A stretch of 34,367 bases of DNA from Hormoscilla sp. (GCA_051439505.1 JBFRWI010000120.1:1-34367); one strand, 5' to 3'; shown: positions 1-9,298, counted from the stretch's first letter. Notes: generated from the letters alone by a model not told the origin. Numbers and translations are program-made.

Positions 1-1607
1 AGCATTTCAATATTATTATAAACCCAATCTATTGCATCCTGCAAGGGGAGCCAATTCATTTTCTCCATCATCGTCAGTTCCATTACCTTGGCTTTACCTA
101 AAGGTAGGTTAATGATAGATCCCCTGGTCCGTTGCTGGGGAATTTCGGGAATCACTCCTAACACCGGTATGGTCCCTAGGCGCTGCAAATCACTGGCAGT
201 ATGAATGGTATCGTCAACTGCTTCACCTAGAAAAGCCGCCACCCCCCCTAAGAATAAACCTACTACTGTACCCAACAAAATATTTCTCTTAATGCTAGGG
301 CCAGTTTTTTTACCTAGTTGGGGAGCCTCTACTACTTGCCAGTTAAATCCTCCTCTGGCCAGTTCCAGGCTTAATTCCTGCTGCTTTTCCAGCAACTGCT
401 TAATTGTCTCCATTTGAATTTCTACCTCTGGTTGGAGACTATTGTACTCGGCGATCAGACTGGGGAAGCTCGCGAGCTGGGCGCGCAACTCCTGTTCCGC
501 TGCTGCTATACTCTGTTGGCGGGCCTCCACACCCAGTAACTCTATCCGTGTCTCGATCAACTGCCGAGTGAGTTCTAGTTCTGTCGAACCGAGCTGTCCT
601 TCTTGGAGTAGGCTTTCTCCTGTAAGATTTAGTTGACTAGACAGTTTCCCTAACACCCGTTGCACCTCCTGCTGCAACAGTTCCAACTGGCTAGTACGTT
701 GTTCTAGCAACATTTTTATAGTGGGATCGGCAGACCTATAGGTCAAGCGCCGCTGCGCTAGTTCCAGTTCTGTCTCTTGGATGGCATCAAGCAAGTTTTG
801 GTAGCGAGAAGACTCACTCAGACGACTGGCGAGCAGTGCCTCCCGTGGATCGAGAGCAATTTGCTGCTGCAATATGTTGTAATTCGCCTCTATTTCCTGG
901 TACTGGGCCCTAATTGCCTGCCGATCGCGCTCGATCGCATTTAGGGCTTCAGTGACCGCTTGGGCCTGTTGTTCGGGGTCTATGACGTTGTGCTTGCGGC
1001 GAAATTCCTCGATCGATCGCTCTGCCTGTAGGAGTCTTTGACGTGCCACTGGCAATTCCCGATTAATCACAACTAGGCCCCGGGTGTAACGCAGCTTATC
1101 CTGCTCTAGGTTGTAATCTTGATAAATTTTTTGTAGTGCCTGCAAAATTTTTTGCGTTTTAATCGGATCGTTGTCATTGTATACTGTTTTCACAATTTTC
1201 GTCGGGTTTTTATCTGCCTCCACCAGGGAAATCTCAAAGTTTTTTTCAATATCTGCTACCTCCAGGGTTGGATATTCAAGACGCAGGATCTCCACGGCCT
1301 TTTCCATAAACTCCGAACTCTCCATGAGGGTCAACTGCGTCGCATAGGCTATCTCCAGCTGAGATTTAGAAAATTGCCTTTGGGGTTCTTCTACTCCTAG
1401 TGTTTCCTTCTCTGGATAATTAGGCTCAACCAATAGCTGCATCTGGCTTTCGTAGGTAGGTTTCATCATCATGGTGGCCGTGGCGGCAAATGATACTACA
1501 GTACAAAATACACTCAATAATACAAAGCGTCTGCGTAGCAAGATAGCAAACAATTGCCCGTAACCTAAATCCGGTTCCGCTGCCGAATTCAGATCGCTTT
1601 GATGCAC
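1..1607 (-). CDS. GumC/Wzc-family polysaccharide chain-length determinant/export protein (5' part; runs off window start)
   Basis: Absent from the ORF track because it has no stop in the window. Manual translation from GTG 1607 (AGGAGG RBS just upstream) gives MHQSDLNSAAEPDLGYGQLFAILLRRRFVLLSVFCTVVSFAATATMMMKPTYESQMQLLVEP, a Wzz-like N-terminus, followed by coiled-coil sequence and a second TM segment. Lies 10 bp downstream of a GT4 gene. Confidence 0.85.
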   Translation of the reverse strand, partial: MHQSDLNSAAEPDLGYGQLFAILLRRRFVLLSVFCTVVSFAATATMMMKPTYESQMQLLVEPNYPEKETLGVEEPQRQFSKSQLEIAYATQLTLMESSEFMEKAVEILRLEYPTLEVADIEKNFEISLVEADKNPTKIVKTVYNDNDPIKTQKILQALQKIYQDYNLEQDKLRYTRGLVVINRELPVARQRLLQAERSIEEFRRKHNVIDPEQQAQAVTEALNAIERDRQAIRAQYQEIEANYNILQQQIALDPREALLASRLSESSRYQNLLDAIQETELELAQRRLTYRSADPTIKMLLEQRTSQLELLQQEVQRVLGKLSSQLNLTGESLLQEGQLGSTELELTRQLIETRIELLGVEARQQSIAAAEQELRAQLASFPSLIAEYNSLQPEVEIQMETIKQLLEKQQELSLELARGGFNWQVVEAPQLGKKTGPSIKRNILLGTVVGLFLGGVAAFLGEAVDDTIHTASDLQRLGTIPVLGVIPEIPQQRTRGSIINLPLGKAKVMELTMMEKMNWLPLQDAIDWVYNNIEM

Positions 1608-1617
1608 TAGGACCTCC

Positions 1618-2739
1618 TTACACTTCCACGGTTCTACGCTGCAACTGTTGGGGCTTTATCCCGCACACCTCCTCCAGCAGTCGATCGACCTTCCCGAAGA
1701 ACACCTCTTCGGAAAAGTTACTCAGGGCATGGTGACGGATTTCCTCATAATCCCATTGCATGTCTTTGGATGCAAGTAATGTTTCCACCAGTGCTGCCGG
1801 GGTCTGCGGATCGAAAAACGCCCCGGTCTTCCCGGGCATCTGACTGTCCAATACTCCACCGGCACCGTAGCAAATGACTGGCGTCCCACTGGCATTGGCT
1901 TCTATGGGCACTAAGCCGTAATCTTCTAGGGCTGCTACTATTACATAACGGGCTTTGGCCATCAATTGACTGCGCTTGGCATCGCCGATCTCTCCCAAAA
2001 ACTGAATATTTCCCCTGGCCCGAGATTGCAGACGCTGGCGTTCGGGACCATCGCCTACTATTAACAATGGCCATCCCAGTTGATTAAACCCATCGATAAT
2101 CACATCAATGCGTTTGTAACTGATCATTCGAGAGACCACCAGGCAAAAGTCCTCTTTTTCTGCTGAAAAGCTAAATCTTTTGCTGTCAATGGGAAAGTTA
2201 ATCATCCCTGCCTTCTGACCGTATATCTCTTCTATGCGCTTAACTACCGTGCTGGAGTTAGCAATGTACATGTCAGGTTCATTAGCATATTTATAGTCTA
2301 GCTTTTTCATCTTACAGAATATCTTTTCTATTAATTTATGCCATTGTTTATATTCTTGATACTCCCGCAGGTAACTGTCTGTAAACCAGAGGAAACGGGT
2401 GACATTATGGCAGAAGCAAATATGCGTTGCGCCCGGTCTTTTTTTGACTCCCTTGGCAAAGCTACTGCTACTACTAATGATTAGGTCATAATCTTGCAGA
2501 CCCAACTGGCGAAAAGCCGGATAATACAAAGGAGCCATTACTCGGAAGTTCTTGACTGCTCCTGGAACCCATTGGAGGACAGTCGTCTTGACCCTCCGAT
2601 CTCCGAAGTCAATGCTCGTGTTCCGATCGTATACTGATGTAAATATATCACCGGTGGGAAAGTGATTGCAAAGCATTTCAAATACACGCTCGGCTCCCCC
2701 TCTTTGGGTTAAATAATCATGTACTAGAGCTATTTTCAT
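1618..2739 (-). CDS. Glycosyltransferase family 4 (GT-B)
   Basis: N-terminus MKIALVHDYLTQRGGAERV and GT4 signature EDYGLVPIEANASGTPVI. Confidence 0.93.
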   Translation of the reverse strand: MKIALVHDYLTQRGGAERVFEMLCNHFPTGDIFTSVYDRNTSIDFGDRRVKTTVLQWVPGAVKNFRVMAPLYYPAFRQLGLQDYDLIISSSSSFAKGVKKRPGATHICFCHNVTRFLWFTDSYLREYQEYKQWHKLIEKIFCKMKKLDYKYANEPDMYIANSSTVVKRIEEIYGQKAGMINFPIDSKRFSFSAEKEDFCLVVSRMISYKRIDVIIDGFNQLGWPLLIVGDGPERQRLQSRARGNIQFLGEIGDAKRSQLMAKARYVIVAALEDYGLVPIEANASGTPVICYGAGGVLDSQMPGKTGAFFDPQTPAALVETLLASKDMQWDYEEIRHHALSNFSEEVFFGKVDRLLEEVCGIKPQQLQRRTVEV

Positions 2740-3029
2740 TTTTGGTAGATCCCACTCTTTGATTTTATTTTCAGCTTTGCACCCGTTTGGGAGCGAACCA
2801 TTTTAGGCCAACCCCTGAAAATTGCTTGCGGTCCGATCGCGTAGCGTGGCTTAGCCCGGCTCGCTGCTTCACTCTTGATGCAATTAGCTGATATCATCCC
2901 ATGTTGTCTAACTCCGCTCTATCTATCTTTGGTATGATCTTATCAATTCTTTATCAGTTTGTACTTTGCCAAGCTGGCGATCGGGAAGTAGTTTGACCTT
3001 CATAGTTCGTCGTTCGCAGTTGAGCTAAT

Positions 3030-3047
3030 TTTACATAAATTTACATA
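3030..3047. promoter_or_regulatory. HLR1-type direct repeat (putative RpaB binding site)
   Basis: TTTACATA-AA-TTTACATA matches the HLR1 consensus (G/T)TTACA(T/A)(T/A)-N2-repeat exactly. On the minus strand it overlaps a TAAAAT -10-like hexamer. Confidence 0.7.
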
Positions 3048-3342
3048 GATCCTCCTCGGAACTGTGGCCCTTGTCCCCCATCTCGGGAAGTACACAAACA
3101 CATATCTCAATTGTAATCTCACTTTAGAACATGATTGTGAATATTTTGTGAAAAGCGAAAAAAAATTTGGCGTTGCCTGGGGAATCAGAAGCGCCGGTGT
3201 TCGATCGACCCAGGGCGATCAACTACCGCAAAAGTGAGATATACCCATTGGCAAAGCTACATGGCGATCTCAAATATTCCGATAGAGACCGGTGATACAG
3301 AGCCAAGATTGTCAATATTATCGGCGCTCGTGGGTCCAACCC

Positions 3343-3406
3343 CCCCAGGCGATCGCCTGGGGCTACAGCAAACTTAGCCGGTCCCTGAGCGTCAGCCGAA
3401 GGGACC
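3343..3406. terminator. Two hairpins downstream of nhaS1
   Basis: Perfect 20-bp palindrome CCCCAGGCGATCGCCTGGGG (3343-3362, centred on HIP1) and GGTCCCT...AGGGACC (3380-3406), both just past the antiporter stop codon. Confidence 0.5.
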
Positions 3407-3423
3407 AGGGACCCGGGCGACTT

Positions 3424-4980
3424 TTATTCTTCCAGGACTCCCTGCAAGAATGGTGCCAGTTCTTTATTTAATTGACCGGCCCGCACGAACTCGGCGTAGG
3501 TGTCTGCTTCTATGGCTAGTAGTTCCTCCCGTAACTGTTCGATCGCATAGTCCCGCGCTTCGGGATGTTCTTCTCGCAGCTTGCTAATGTCTGAAGCCAG
3601 GCTATCCAGTTGTCCTTGCACTAAGGCGGCTTGATAGCGATAATATTCTGGCTCAAGTTCTGGCCGTTTGTCAACCTGTTGCAGCCGTTCCATGACGCGG
3701 TTGAGGGCTACCCGACGGGAGACAGCTTCTAGATATTTCTGCCGCAGGGGTTCGTCTCCTAATAAGTTTAATCCTTCTAGCAATGGTTTGGTGGTCAACC
3801 CTTGCACTAAGAGGGTAAACAGCACTACTCCAAAGACTGTGGAGATGATTTCATCTCGCCCTTCTAATGCTATGGGCACGCTTAATGCTAGGGCGATGGA
3901 CACCGAACCCCGCAACCCTCCCCACCAGATTACTGTTTGCGATCGCCAGTCTATATCTGACTTCGCGATGCCGTTACTGAAGGCCCCTAAACCGTAGATG
4001 GCGATCGCCCTAGCTGCGATCACTGCGATAATGGCGATCGCAATTTCATCGAGATTTTCTGCCAAGCTATCGAAATTAATTTGGTCGCCGATCAGCAAGA
4101 AGACGATCGAATTGACAAAGAAGGCGATAAATTCCCAAAACTCGCTGACAACTATTCTGGTGCGGGGGTTCATGCCAATGCGAGAGCCAAAGTTTCCCAA
4201 GATCAAACCGACAGTGACAGTTCCTATGACCCCAGAACCGCCCAATTCCTCTACAATAATATATGTGCCATAGGCAGAAACTAGGGTTAAGGATTGTTCC
4301 ACCAAGGGCAAGTCAAAGCGCTGGGTAAGATAGGAAATGCCAAAACCTATTAAACCGCCGACGCCTAAACCAAGTCCAACAAATACAAGGAAGCGAACGA
4401 TGCTAACTTTGATATCGAATTGTTCGATGCCCAGGGGAATGCCGACTAGGAGGCTAAAGGCGACAACGGCCACCCCATCATTGAACAAACTTTCCCCTTC
4501 CATTAAAGTGCTGAGGCGTTTGGGTGCCCCCAGTTCTCGTAATAATGCTACCACAGAAATGGGGTCAGTAGCTGATAGGCTAGCCCCGACTAATAAAGCC
4601 GTTGCCAGGGGCACGCCGGAGAACTGGTTAATGCCAAAAGCGACGCCAACTACGGAAATAATTACCCCGACGATCGCAAATAAACTGATGGGGAAGAGAT
4701 TGCGCTTGAGGTCCAACCACCTTAAGTTCCAAGCAGCTTCAAACAGCAGGGGCGGCAGGAAAATTGAGAGAATCAGTTCCGGCGACAGGTTCACCAGTCG
4801 CACGTCCACGAAGGCCAAGCCTAAACCGACTATCACCAGTAGCAGGGTATAGGGAATTTCCCGCAGCCAGCCGATTACTTGGGGGAGGGTGGCCACCCCC
4901 AAGGATACCGACAATACTAGCAGAAATGGGGTCAGGCTTTCCGCGATCGCGCCTTGTTCGGCGACAGTTGCTATCATCAT
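3424..4980 (-). CDS. nhaS1: CPA1-family Na+/H+ antiporter (NhaS1/NhaP-like)
   Basis: Multi-TM protein with FLPPLLFEAA, SATDPISV, EGESLFNDG and GGLRGSVSIALAL motifs and a hydrophilic C-terminal tail. Confidence 0.92.
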   Translation of the reverse strand: MMIATVAEQGAIAESLTPFLLVLSVSLGVATLPQVIGWLREIPYTLLLVIVGLGLAFVDVRLVNLSPELILSIFLPPLLFEAAWNLRWLDLKRNLFPISLFAIVGVIISVVGVAFGINQFSGVPLATALLVGASLSATDPISVVALLRELGAPKRLSTLMEGESLFNDGVAVVAFSLLVGIPLGIEQFDIKVSIVRFLVFVGLGLGVGGLIGFGISYLTQRFDLPLVEQSLTLVSAYGTYIIVEELGGSGVIGTVTVGLILGNFGSRIGMNPRTRIVVSEFWEFIAFFVNSIVFLLIGDQINFDSLAENLDEIAIAIIAVIAARAIAIYGLGAFSNGIAKSDIDWRSQTVIWWGGLRGSVSIALALSVPIALEGRDEIISTVFGVVLFTLLVQGLTTKPLLEGLNLLGDEPLRQKYLEAVSRRVALNRVMERLQQVDKRPELEPEYYRYQAALVQGQLDSLASDISKLREEHPEARDYAIEQLREELLAIEADTYAEFVRAGQLNKELAPFLQGVLEE

Positions 4981-5015
4981 AAGCAGACTCCAGAAATTGG
5001 GTGAGCAATGTCCAC

Positions 5016-5105
5016 TTTAGCACAAAAAGTTTGTAGTAAGCGCTTTAGCGCTTATTCTGATTTAGCACAAAAAGTTTGTAGTAAGCGCTTTAGCGCTTAT
5101 TCTGA
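5016..5105. repeat. Perfect 45-bp tandem duplication containing a GTAG-type REP hairpin
   Basis: TTTAGCACAAAAAGTTTGTAGTAAGCGCTTTAGCGCTTATTCTGA at 5016-5060 and 5061-5105. Each unit contains GTAG followed by the stem TAAGCGCT-TT-AGCGCTTA. Confidence 0.95.
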
Positions 5106-5396
5106 CTTAACAGTAACAGCCACTTGAAAACCCAGCGCATCCAGGAATTCGACAAAGCTGTAAATTTCAGTACACCCGCTTTCTGTCAGCATCTTGTCCA
5201 GTCGATCGTGCTGCTGCTTGGCCTCTCCCGACAGCTTATTCATCTTACCATGAGCCTCAACTACTTTTCTCAGGGCATTGCGGAGTAGTTCGGGTTCGGG
5301 GTCTTGTTCTAAAATCGCCTCGATAAACCCAGCCCCTTCTTCCGGGTCTTTCAGGGATTCAATTAGGTACTCACGGTAGCTATAACTGGTCGGCAC
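5097..5396 (-). CDS. Addiction-module antitoxin / DNA-binding protein (HigA-like)
   Basis: SYREYLIESLKDPEEGAGFIEAILE...LDALGFQVAV pattern. Probable start is GTG 5396, overlapping the stop of the upstream toxin remnant; the ORF-track start 5474 lies inside that remnant. Confidence 0.75.
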   Translation of the reverse strand: MPTSYSYREYLIESLKDPEEGAGFIEAILEQDPEPELLRNALRKVVEAHGKMNKLSGEAKQQHDRLDKMLTESGCTEIYSFVEFLDALGFQVAVTVKSE

Positions 5397-5508
5397 TTTC
5401 ACGTCTTTCATAGTCTGTCCAGTATTCCTGCGCTTTACGAATATCTTGTTGCTGGGTACTTTTATCTCCGCCACAGAGGAGAAGCACTATTGTCGATCCT
5501 ATTTGCCC
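5380..5508 (-). pseudogene. C-terminal remnant of a RelE/HigB-like addiction-module toxin
   Basis: Manual translation GQIGSTIVLLLCGGDKSTQQQDIRKAQEYWTDYERRESADQL* carries the LLLCGGDKSTQ motif of this toxin family. The N-terminal half and start codon are missing. Confidence 0.8.
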
Positions 5509-5634
5509 AGTGTAGCAGATATTTAATAATTTTATTTGATCACAATGATGCCCCGGTGGTTGACAATTACGCTAGCCTACAAAAAAACATTAATAAAACA
5601 TGCTCGACTATATTTTAGAAGCGTTATTTTACCC

Positions 5635-5743
5635 AGTCGGTTTTAACCGACTTTAGCTATTAGCAGGGGGTTTGAACCCCCTGCGGGTTGACAACGAAGC
5701 CAGAAAATTGCACTCCCCAAGTCCCCCAAGTCCCCCAGTCCCC
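5635..5743. repeat. Palindromic repeat element plus CCCCA(A)GT short tandem repeats
   Basis: Hairpins AGTCGGTT-TT-AACCGACT (5635-5652) and GCAGGGGGTT-TG-AACCCCCTGC (5663-5684), then CCCCAAGT/CCCCAGT tandem units next to the kinase stop. Confidence 0.65.
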
Positions 5744-5745
5744 TT

Positions 5746-7737
5746 TCACGGCATCCGCCAAATCTTAATCGTCTTGTCAAGACTGCCACTGATTAAAGTC
5801 TTGCCATCGGGACTAAAGGCGATCGTCCTGACAGAGTTGAAGTGCCTCATGGGGGTAGGAATCTCTGTAAAGGTCTCTAGATTCCAGCGTTTGATGTAAC
5901 CACCGTCGTGACTGACGAGAGTCTTGCCATCGGGGCTAAAGGCGACAGTTCTGATTGGGTGGATAAGTCGGCCCTTGAGGGTCGCGATCGCCTCACCGGT
6001 CTCCAGATTCCATAGTTTAATGGTCTTGTCGTCACAGCCACTTGCTAATATCTTACCATCAGGGGAAATAGCCAGGGTTCTGATTTCATCTGTATGTCCC
6101 TTGAGGGTCGCGATCGCCTCACCGGTCTCCAGATTCCATAGTTTAACGGTCCTGTCACTACTACCACTTGCTAAGATTTTACCATGGGGTCCGATGGCCA
6201 CGACTCTCACCCTATCTGCATGGCCTTCTAAGGTAGCGATCGCCTCACCTGTCTCTAGACTCCAAAGTATGATAGTCAAATCATTACTAGCACTGGCTAA
6301 AATCTTACCATCCGGACCGATCGCCACCGAGTTTACCTTATCTTCATGTCCCTTTAAGGTAGCGATCGCCTCTAGGGTGTCCAGACGCCAAAGTCCGACG
6401 GTCAAGTCATGACTAGCACTAGCTAAGATCTTACCATCCGGGTCGATCGCGACTGAGCTAACTTCCCGGGAATTTCCCGTAAAAGTAACGATCTTCTCTC
6501 CTGTCTCCAGACTCAGCCGTTCGATCTTCCCATCAGCATAGCCACTAGCTAAAGTTTGGCCATCGGGGCTAATAGTAACAGAATTTACCAAGGATGCATG
6601 ACTCGTCAAAGTTTTTACTCTTGAGACATTGCTTTGCCAGATCGTCATCAAAAACATCTGACTAAAGGGAGAGAGTTCGTACCGCAGGAAACCATAGATT
6701 TGAGTTCCGATTAATCCCGAGAGTACCACCGCCGCGATCGCCCCGGAAAGTCCCCATAGCCTTTTGGTCCCTGAAGGTGGCGAGGGTAATGGTTTGCTCT
6801 CCGGGACTACTGGGGGCGTGGATGGTGACAGGGATAATGTCAGAGTCTGCATTTTTTGTTGCAAATCTTCTCTAACCTCCTTTGCTGATTGATAGCGCTG
6901 GTCGATGTCTTTTGCTAAGAGGCGATCGAACACTGAGGCCAACTCATCACTGACAAGACAATATTCTCGCCAATTAGCAGTCCAGCTATAGCCATATTCC
7001 GTCCATAACTGAAAAGGATGAATTCCAGTCCGCAGGTGAAAGCAAGTCGCCCCCAAACTGAACAAGTCACTTGCAGGATATACCTCCCCTCCCTGAATTT
7101 GTTCCAGGGGTGCATAGCCCGAAGATCCAACTTGCGTCCCCATCTGAGTCATCACCGTTCCTGACAACTGCTTCGAGACCCCGAAATCAATCAGCACCAA
7201 CCGACCATCACTACGGCGGCGGATAATATTCTCTGGCTTAATATCCCGGTGAATTACTCGCTGCTCGTGGATAAACTGGAGGATGGGTAGTAAATCTAGC
7301 AACAGTTCGCGAATCTCCGTTTCTCTCCAAACCCCCTCCTGTTGCAAAAGTTCAGACAAATTTTGCCCATCAATAAACTGCTGCACCAGATAAAAATAGC
7401 CATCCTGTTCAAAATAGCCATACAATCCCGGTATCTGGGGATGTTCTGACCCCAGTGCTTGCAGTTGGCGTGCTTCTTGCTCAAACAGTTGCACCGCCTT
7501 GTTCTGGGCCCAATTTCCCTGGCCGATCGGGGTCAATTGCTTGATAACGCAGGGTTGATCGAACTTATGAATATCCTTCCCTAGATAGGTTTTGCCGAAA
7601 CCCCCTTGACCCAGGGGTCGGATAACGCGATAACTTCCGTTTAGTAGCTTTACCAGAGTCGTGCCACAACTCTGGCAATAGTTAATCCCTTCTGGGTTAA
7701 GGGGATTAGGACAATCAGGATTTAGGCAACAAGTCAT
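5746..7737 (-). CDS. Ser/Thr protein kinase with N-terminal 4-Cys motif, TM segment and C-terminal WD40 repeats
   Basis: Probable start MTCCLNPDCPNP at 7737. Kinase motifs LGQGGFGKTY, HRDIKPENI, LIDFG and GYAPLE; about seven GH...W WD40 repeats. Confidence 0.93.
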   Translation of the reverse strand: MTCCLNPDCPNPLNPEGINYCQSCGTTLVKLLNGSYRVIRPLGQGGFGKTYLGKDIHKFDQPCVIKQLTPIGQGNWAQNKAVQLFEQEARQLQALGSEHPQIPGLYGYFEQDGYFYLVQQFIDGQNLSELLQQEGVWRETEIRELLLDLLPILQFIHEQRVIHRDIKPENIIRRRSDGRLVLIDFGVSKQLSGTVMTQMGTQVGSSGYAPLEQIQGGEVYPASDLFSLGATCFHLRTGIHPFQLWTEYGYSWTANWREYCLVSDELASVFDRLLAKDIDQRYQSAKEVREDLQQKMQTLTLSLSPSTPPVVPESKPLPSPPSGTKRLWGLSGAIAAVVLSGLIGTQIYGFLRYELSPFSQMFLMTIWQSNVSRVKTLTSHASLVNSVTISPDGQTLASGYADGKIERLSLETGEKIVTFTGNSREVSSVAIDPDGKILASASHDLTVGLWRLDTLEAIATLKGHEDKVNSVAIGPDGKILASASNDLTIILWSLETGEAIATLEGHADRVRVVAIGPHGKILASGSSDRTVKLWNLETGEAIATLKGHTDEIRTLAISPDGKILASGCDDKTIKLWNLETGEAIATLKGRLIHPIRTVAFSPDGKTLVSHDGGYIKRWNLETFTEIPTPMRHFNSVRTIAFSPDGKTLISGSLDKTIKIWRMP

Positions 7738-7891
7738 AATCTTTGGTAGTGCGTGGGTAACCTTCCCTTGACAAAATTTTATCGGAATTGCTGGAAACAA
7801 GAGAAAAAATACTGTATTCTCACCATAACTCGCGTAATGGGCCGCACTGTCATCCCCTACCGGTACAGAAACCCAAGGATCGGGGCTGGCC

Positions 7892-8115
7892 ATGACTGCC
7901 GAACCCGGATGCTCTCACCCTCAAGCCCTAGCTACCACCTGTAAGCCATACCAGGGTAGCTGGGGAATCTAGCAAAGAGGTAATACCGAATACTAGAGAA
8001 TTTGGCGATCGCTATACACGGAAAGCTTTAGCCAGTGGATATGGAGATGGGACGATCGCACCCCTTGTATACCCAGATCAGTTCCGTCGCCTTTAACGCT
8101 GATAGCAAGACTTTT
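7892..8115 (+). pseudogene. Degraded gene relic (MTAEPG start plus WD40 fragments)
   Basis: ATG 7892 MTAEPG... is homologous to the GUN4-gene start at 26198 and stops after 26 codons. KALASGYGDGTIA (8022-8060) and ISSVAFNADSKTF (8077-8115) are WD40-like pieces in different frames. Confidence 0.5.
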
Positions 8116-8199
8116 GAAGTTATGCCTACTCTGATGAGGCATTCCGATCAACTTATGTTAGACTAAAATTAGTTAATTTTTACTACTCTGGTAAGGCAT

Positions 8200-9255
8200 A
8201 TGCTCAAAAGCAGAATCATGAATTTTTTGATGGCGGCGGTGCTGCTGTTCTCGGTTTCCAGTTGCAGCAAATCAGCTAGCAGTTGGTATCAGGTATATTT
8301 TACCACGCCGGGTCAAGCAAATACAGAAATTCCTGATGCTCTGATTAAGTTGATTGGTCAGGCAAAAAAAACCATCCATATCGCCGCTTTTGAGTTTAAT
8401 CTGGATCCGATCGCGGAGGCACTCATAGCAGCGAAGCAGCGGGGAGTGGATGTGAAGTGGGTGACTGACGATGAGCACGGAGTGAAAAAAGATGCCAAAC
8501 CGGGTCACGGTCAGTTTGCTAAACTGAAACAGGCGGGCATTGAGATTAAAGATGATAACCGGAGTGCCCTGATGCATAATAAGTTCGTGATTGTTGACGG
8601 ACAGGTCTTGTGGACCGGTTCTACTAATCTGACGGTTAATGGCACTCAGAAAAATAATAATAATGTCTTGGTCATGCGATCGCCCGAAATTGCAGCAATC
8701 TACGAACAGGAATTCCAAGAAATGTGGTCGGGCAAGTTTGGCATAACTTCCCCATCCAAGGTGGCCAGTCAAAAGGCGATCGTTAACAACACCCCCGTGA
8801 CGGTTTTATTCGGGGCCGAAGATAATGTGGCAGATGCCCTCAGTGCCGAGATTGGCAAAGCGCAAAAAAGCATTAAATTTATGGCCTTTTCCTTCACCCA
8901 CGATGGCATGGGCAAGGCGATGATGGCCCAGGCCGATCGGGGGGTAAGATTAGAAGGCATTTTTGAACTCCGAGGTAGCGAAACCAAATACAGCGAGTTA
9001 CCAAAATTTTTCTGTGAAGGTATTCCCGTGCGGCAAGATGGCAACCCCAGGACATTCCATCATAAGGTAATTGTCTTGGACGAGAAAACTGTGATTACTG
9101 GTTCCTTTAACTTTAGTAAAAATGCTAATAAAAGCAATGACGAAAATGTGGTCATAGTCCAGGATCCGCAAATTGCTTCCCTCTATTTGCAAGAGTTCGA
9201 TCGACGCTGGCAAGAAGGTAAGCCACCAAGGGAAAGTAAGATTAGTTGTCAGTAG
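8200..9255 (+). CDS. Phospholipase D superfamily protein (two HKD motifs), probable lipoprotein
   Basis: HNKFVIVD...TGSTN and HHKVIVLD...TGSFN motifs; N-terminal hydrophobic segment ending in SVSSC (lipobox-like). Confidence 0.9.
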   Translation: MLKSRIMNFLMAAVLLFSVSSCSKSASSWYQVYFTTPGQANTEIPDALIKLIGQAKKTIHIAAFEFNLDPIAEALIAAKQRGVDVKWVTDDEHGVKKDAKPGHGQFAKLKQAGIEIKDDNRSALMHNKFVIVDGQVLWTGSTNLTVNGTQKNNNNVLVMRSPEIAAIYEQEFQEMWSGKFGITSPSKVASQKAIVNNTPVTVLFGAEDNVADALSAEIGKAQKSIKFMAFSFTHDGMGKAMMAQADRGVRLEGIFELRGSETKYSELPKFFCEGIPVRQDGNPRTFHHKVIVLDEKTVITGSFNFSKNANKSNDENVVIVQDPQIASLYLQEFDRRWQEGKPPRESKISCQ

Positions 9256-9298
9256 GGGGTAATGGTTATTCTGGAAGCATTTCTTGAAGATAATCTAG

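Noticed and set aside
205..1400. Plus-strand ORFs 205-417, 442-636 and 1152-1400, and similar short ORFs opposite or inside large genes across the window
   Set aside because: They are antisense or alternate-frame shadows of well-supported genes (here gumC) and contain no recognisable motifs.
5016..5105. Possible CRISPR array (palindromic direct repeats)
   Set aside because: Only two abutting identical units, no spacers, and no cas genes.
5512..5522. ATATCTGCTAC shared between the toxin breakpoint (minus strand) and ~26859
   Set aside because: The same 11-mer also occurs inside coding sequences (~1249, ~14085), so it is probably not an element end.
7738..7893. 52-aa N-terminal extension of the kinase in the ORF track (likewise the extensions to 5474, 22184, 24476, 25307, 26013, 26168 and 27218)
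   Set aside because: Family-typical N-termini and RBS positions point to downstream starts; several extensions run through repeats or neighbouring relics.
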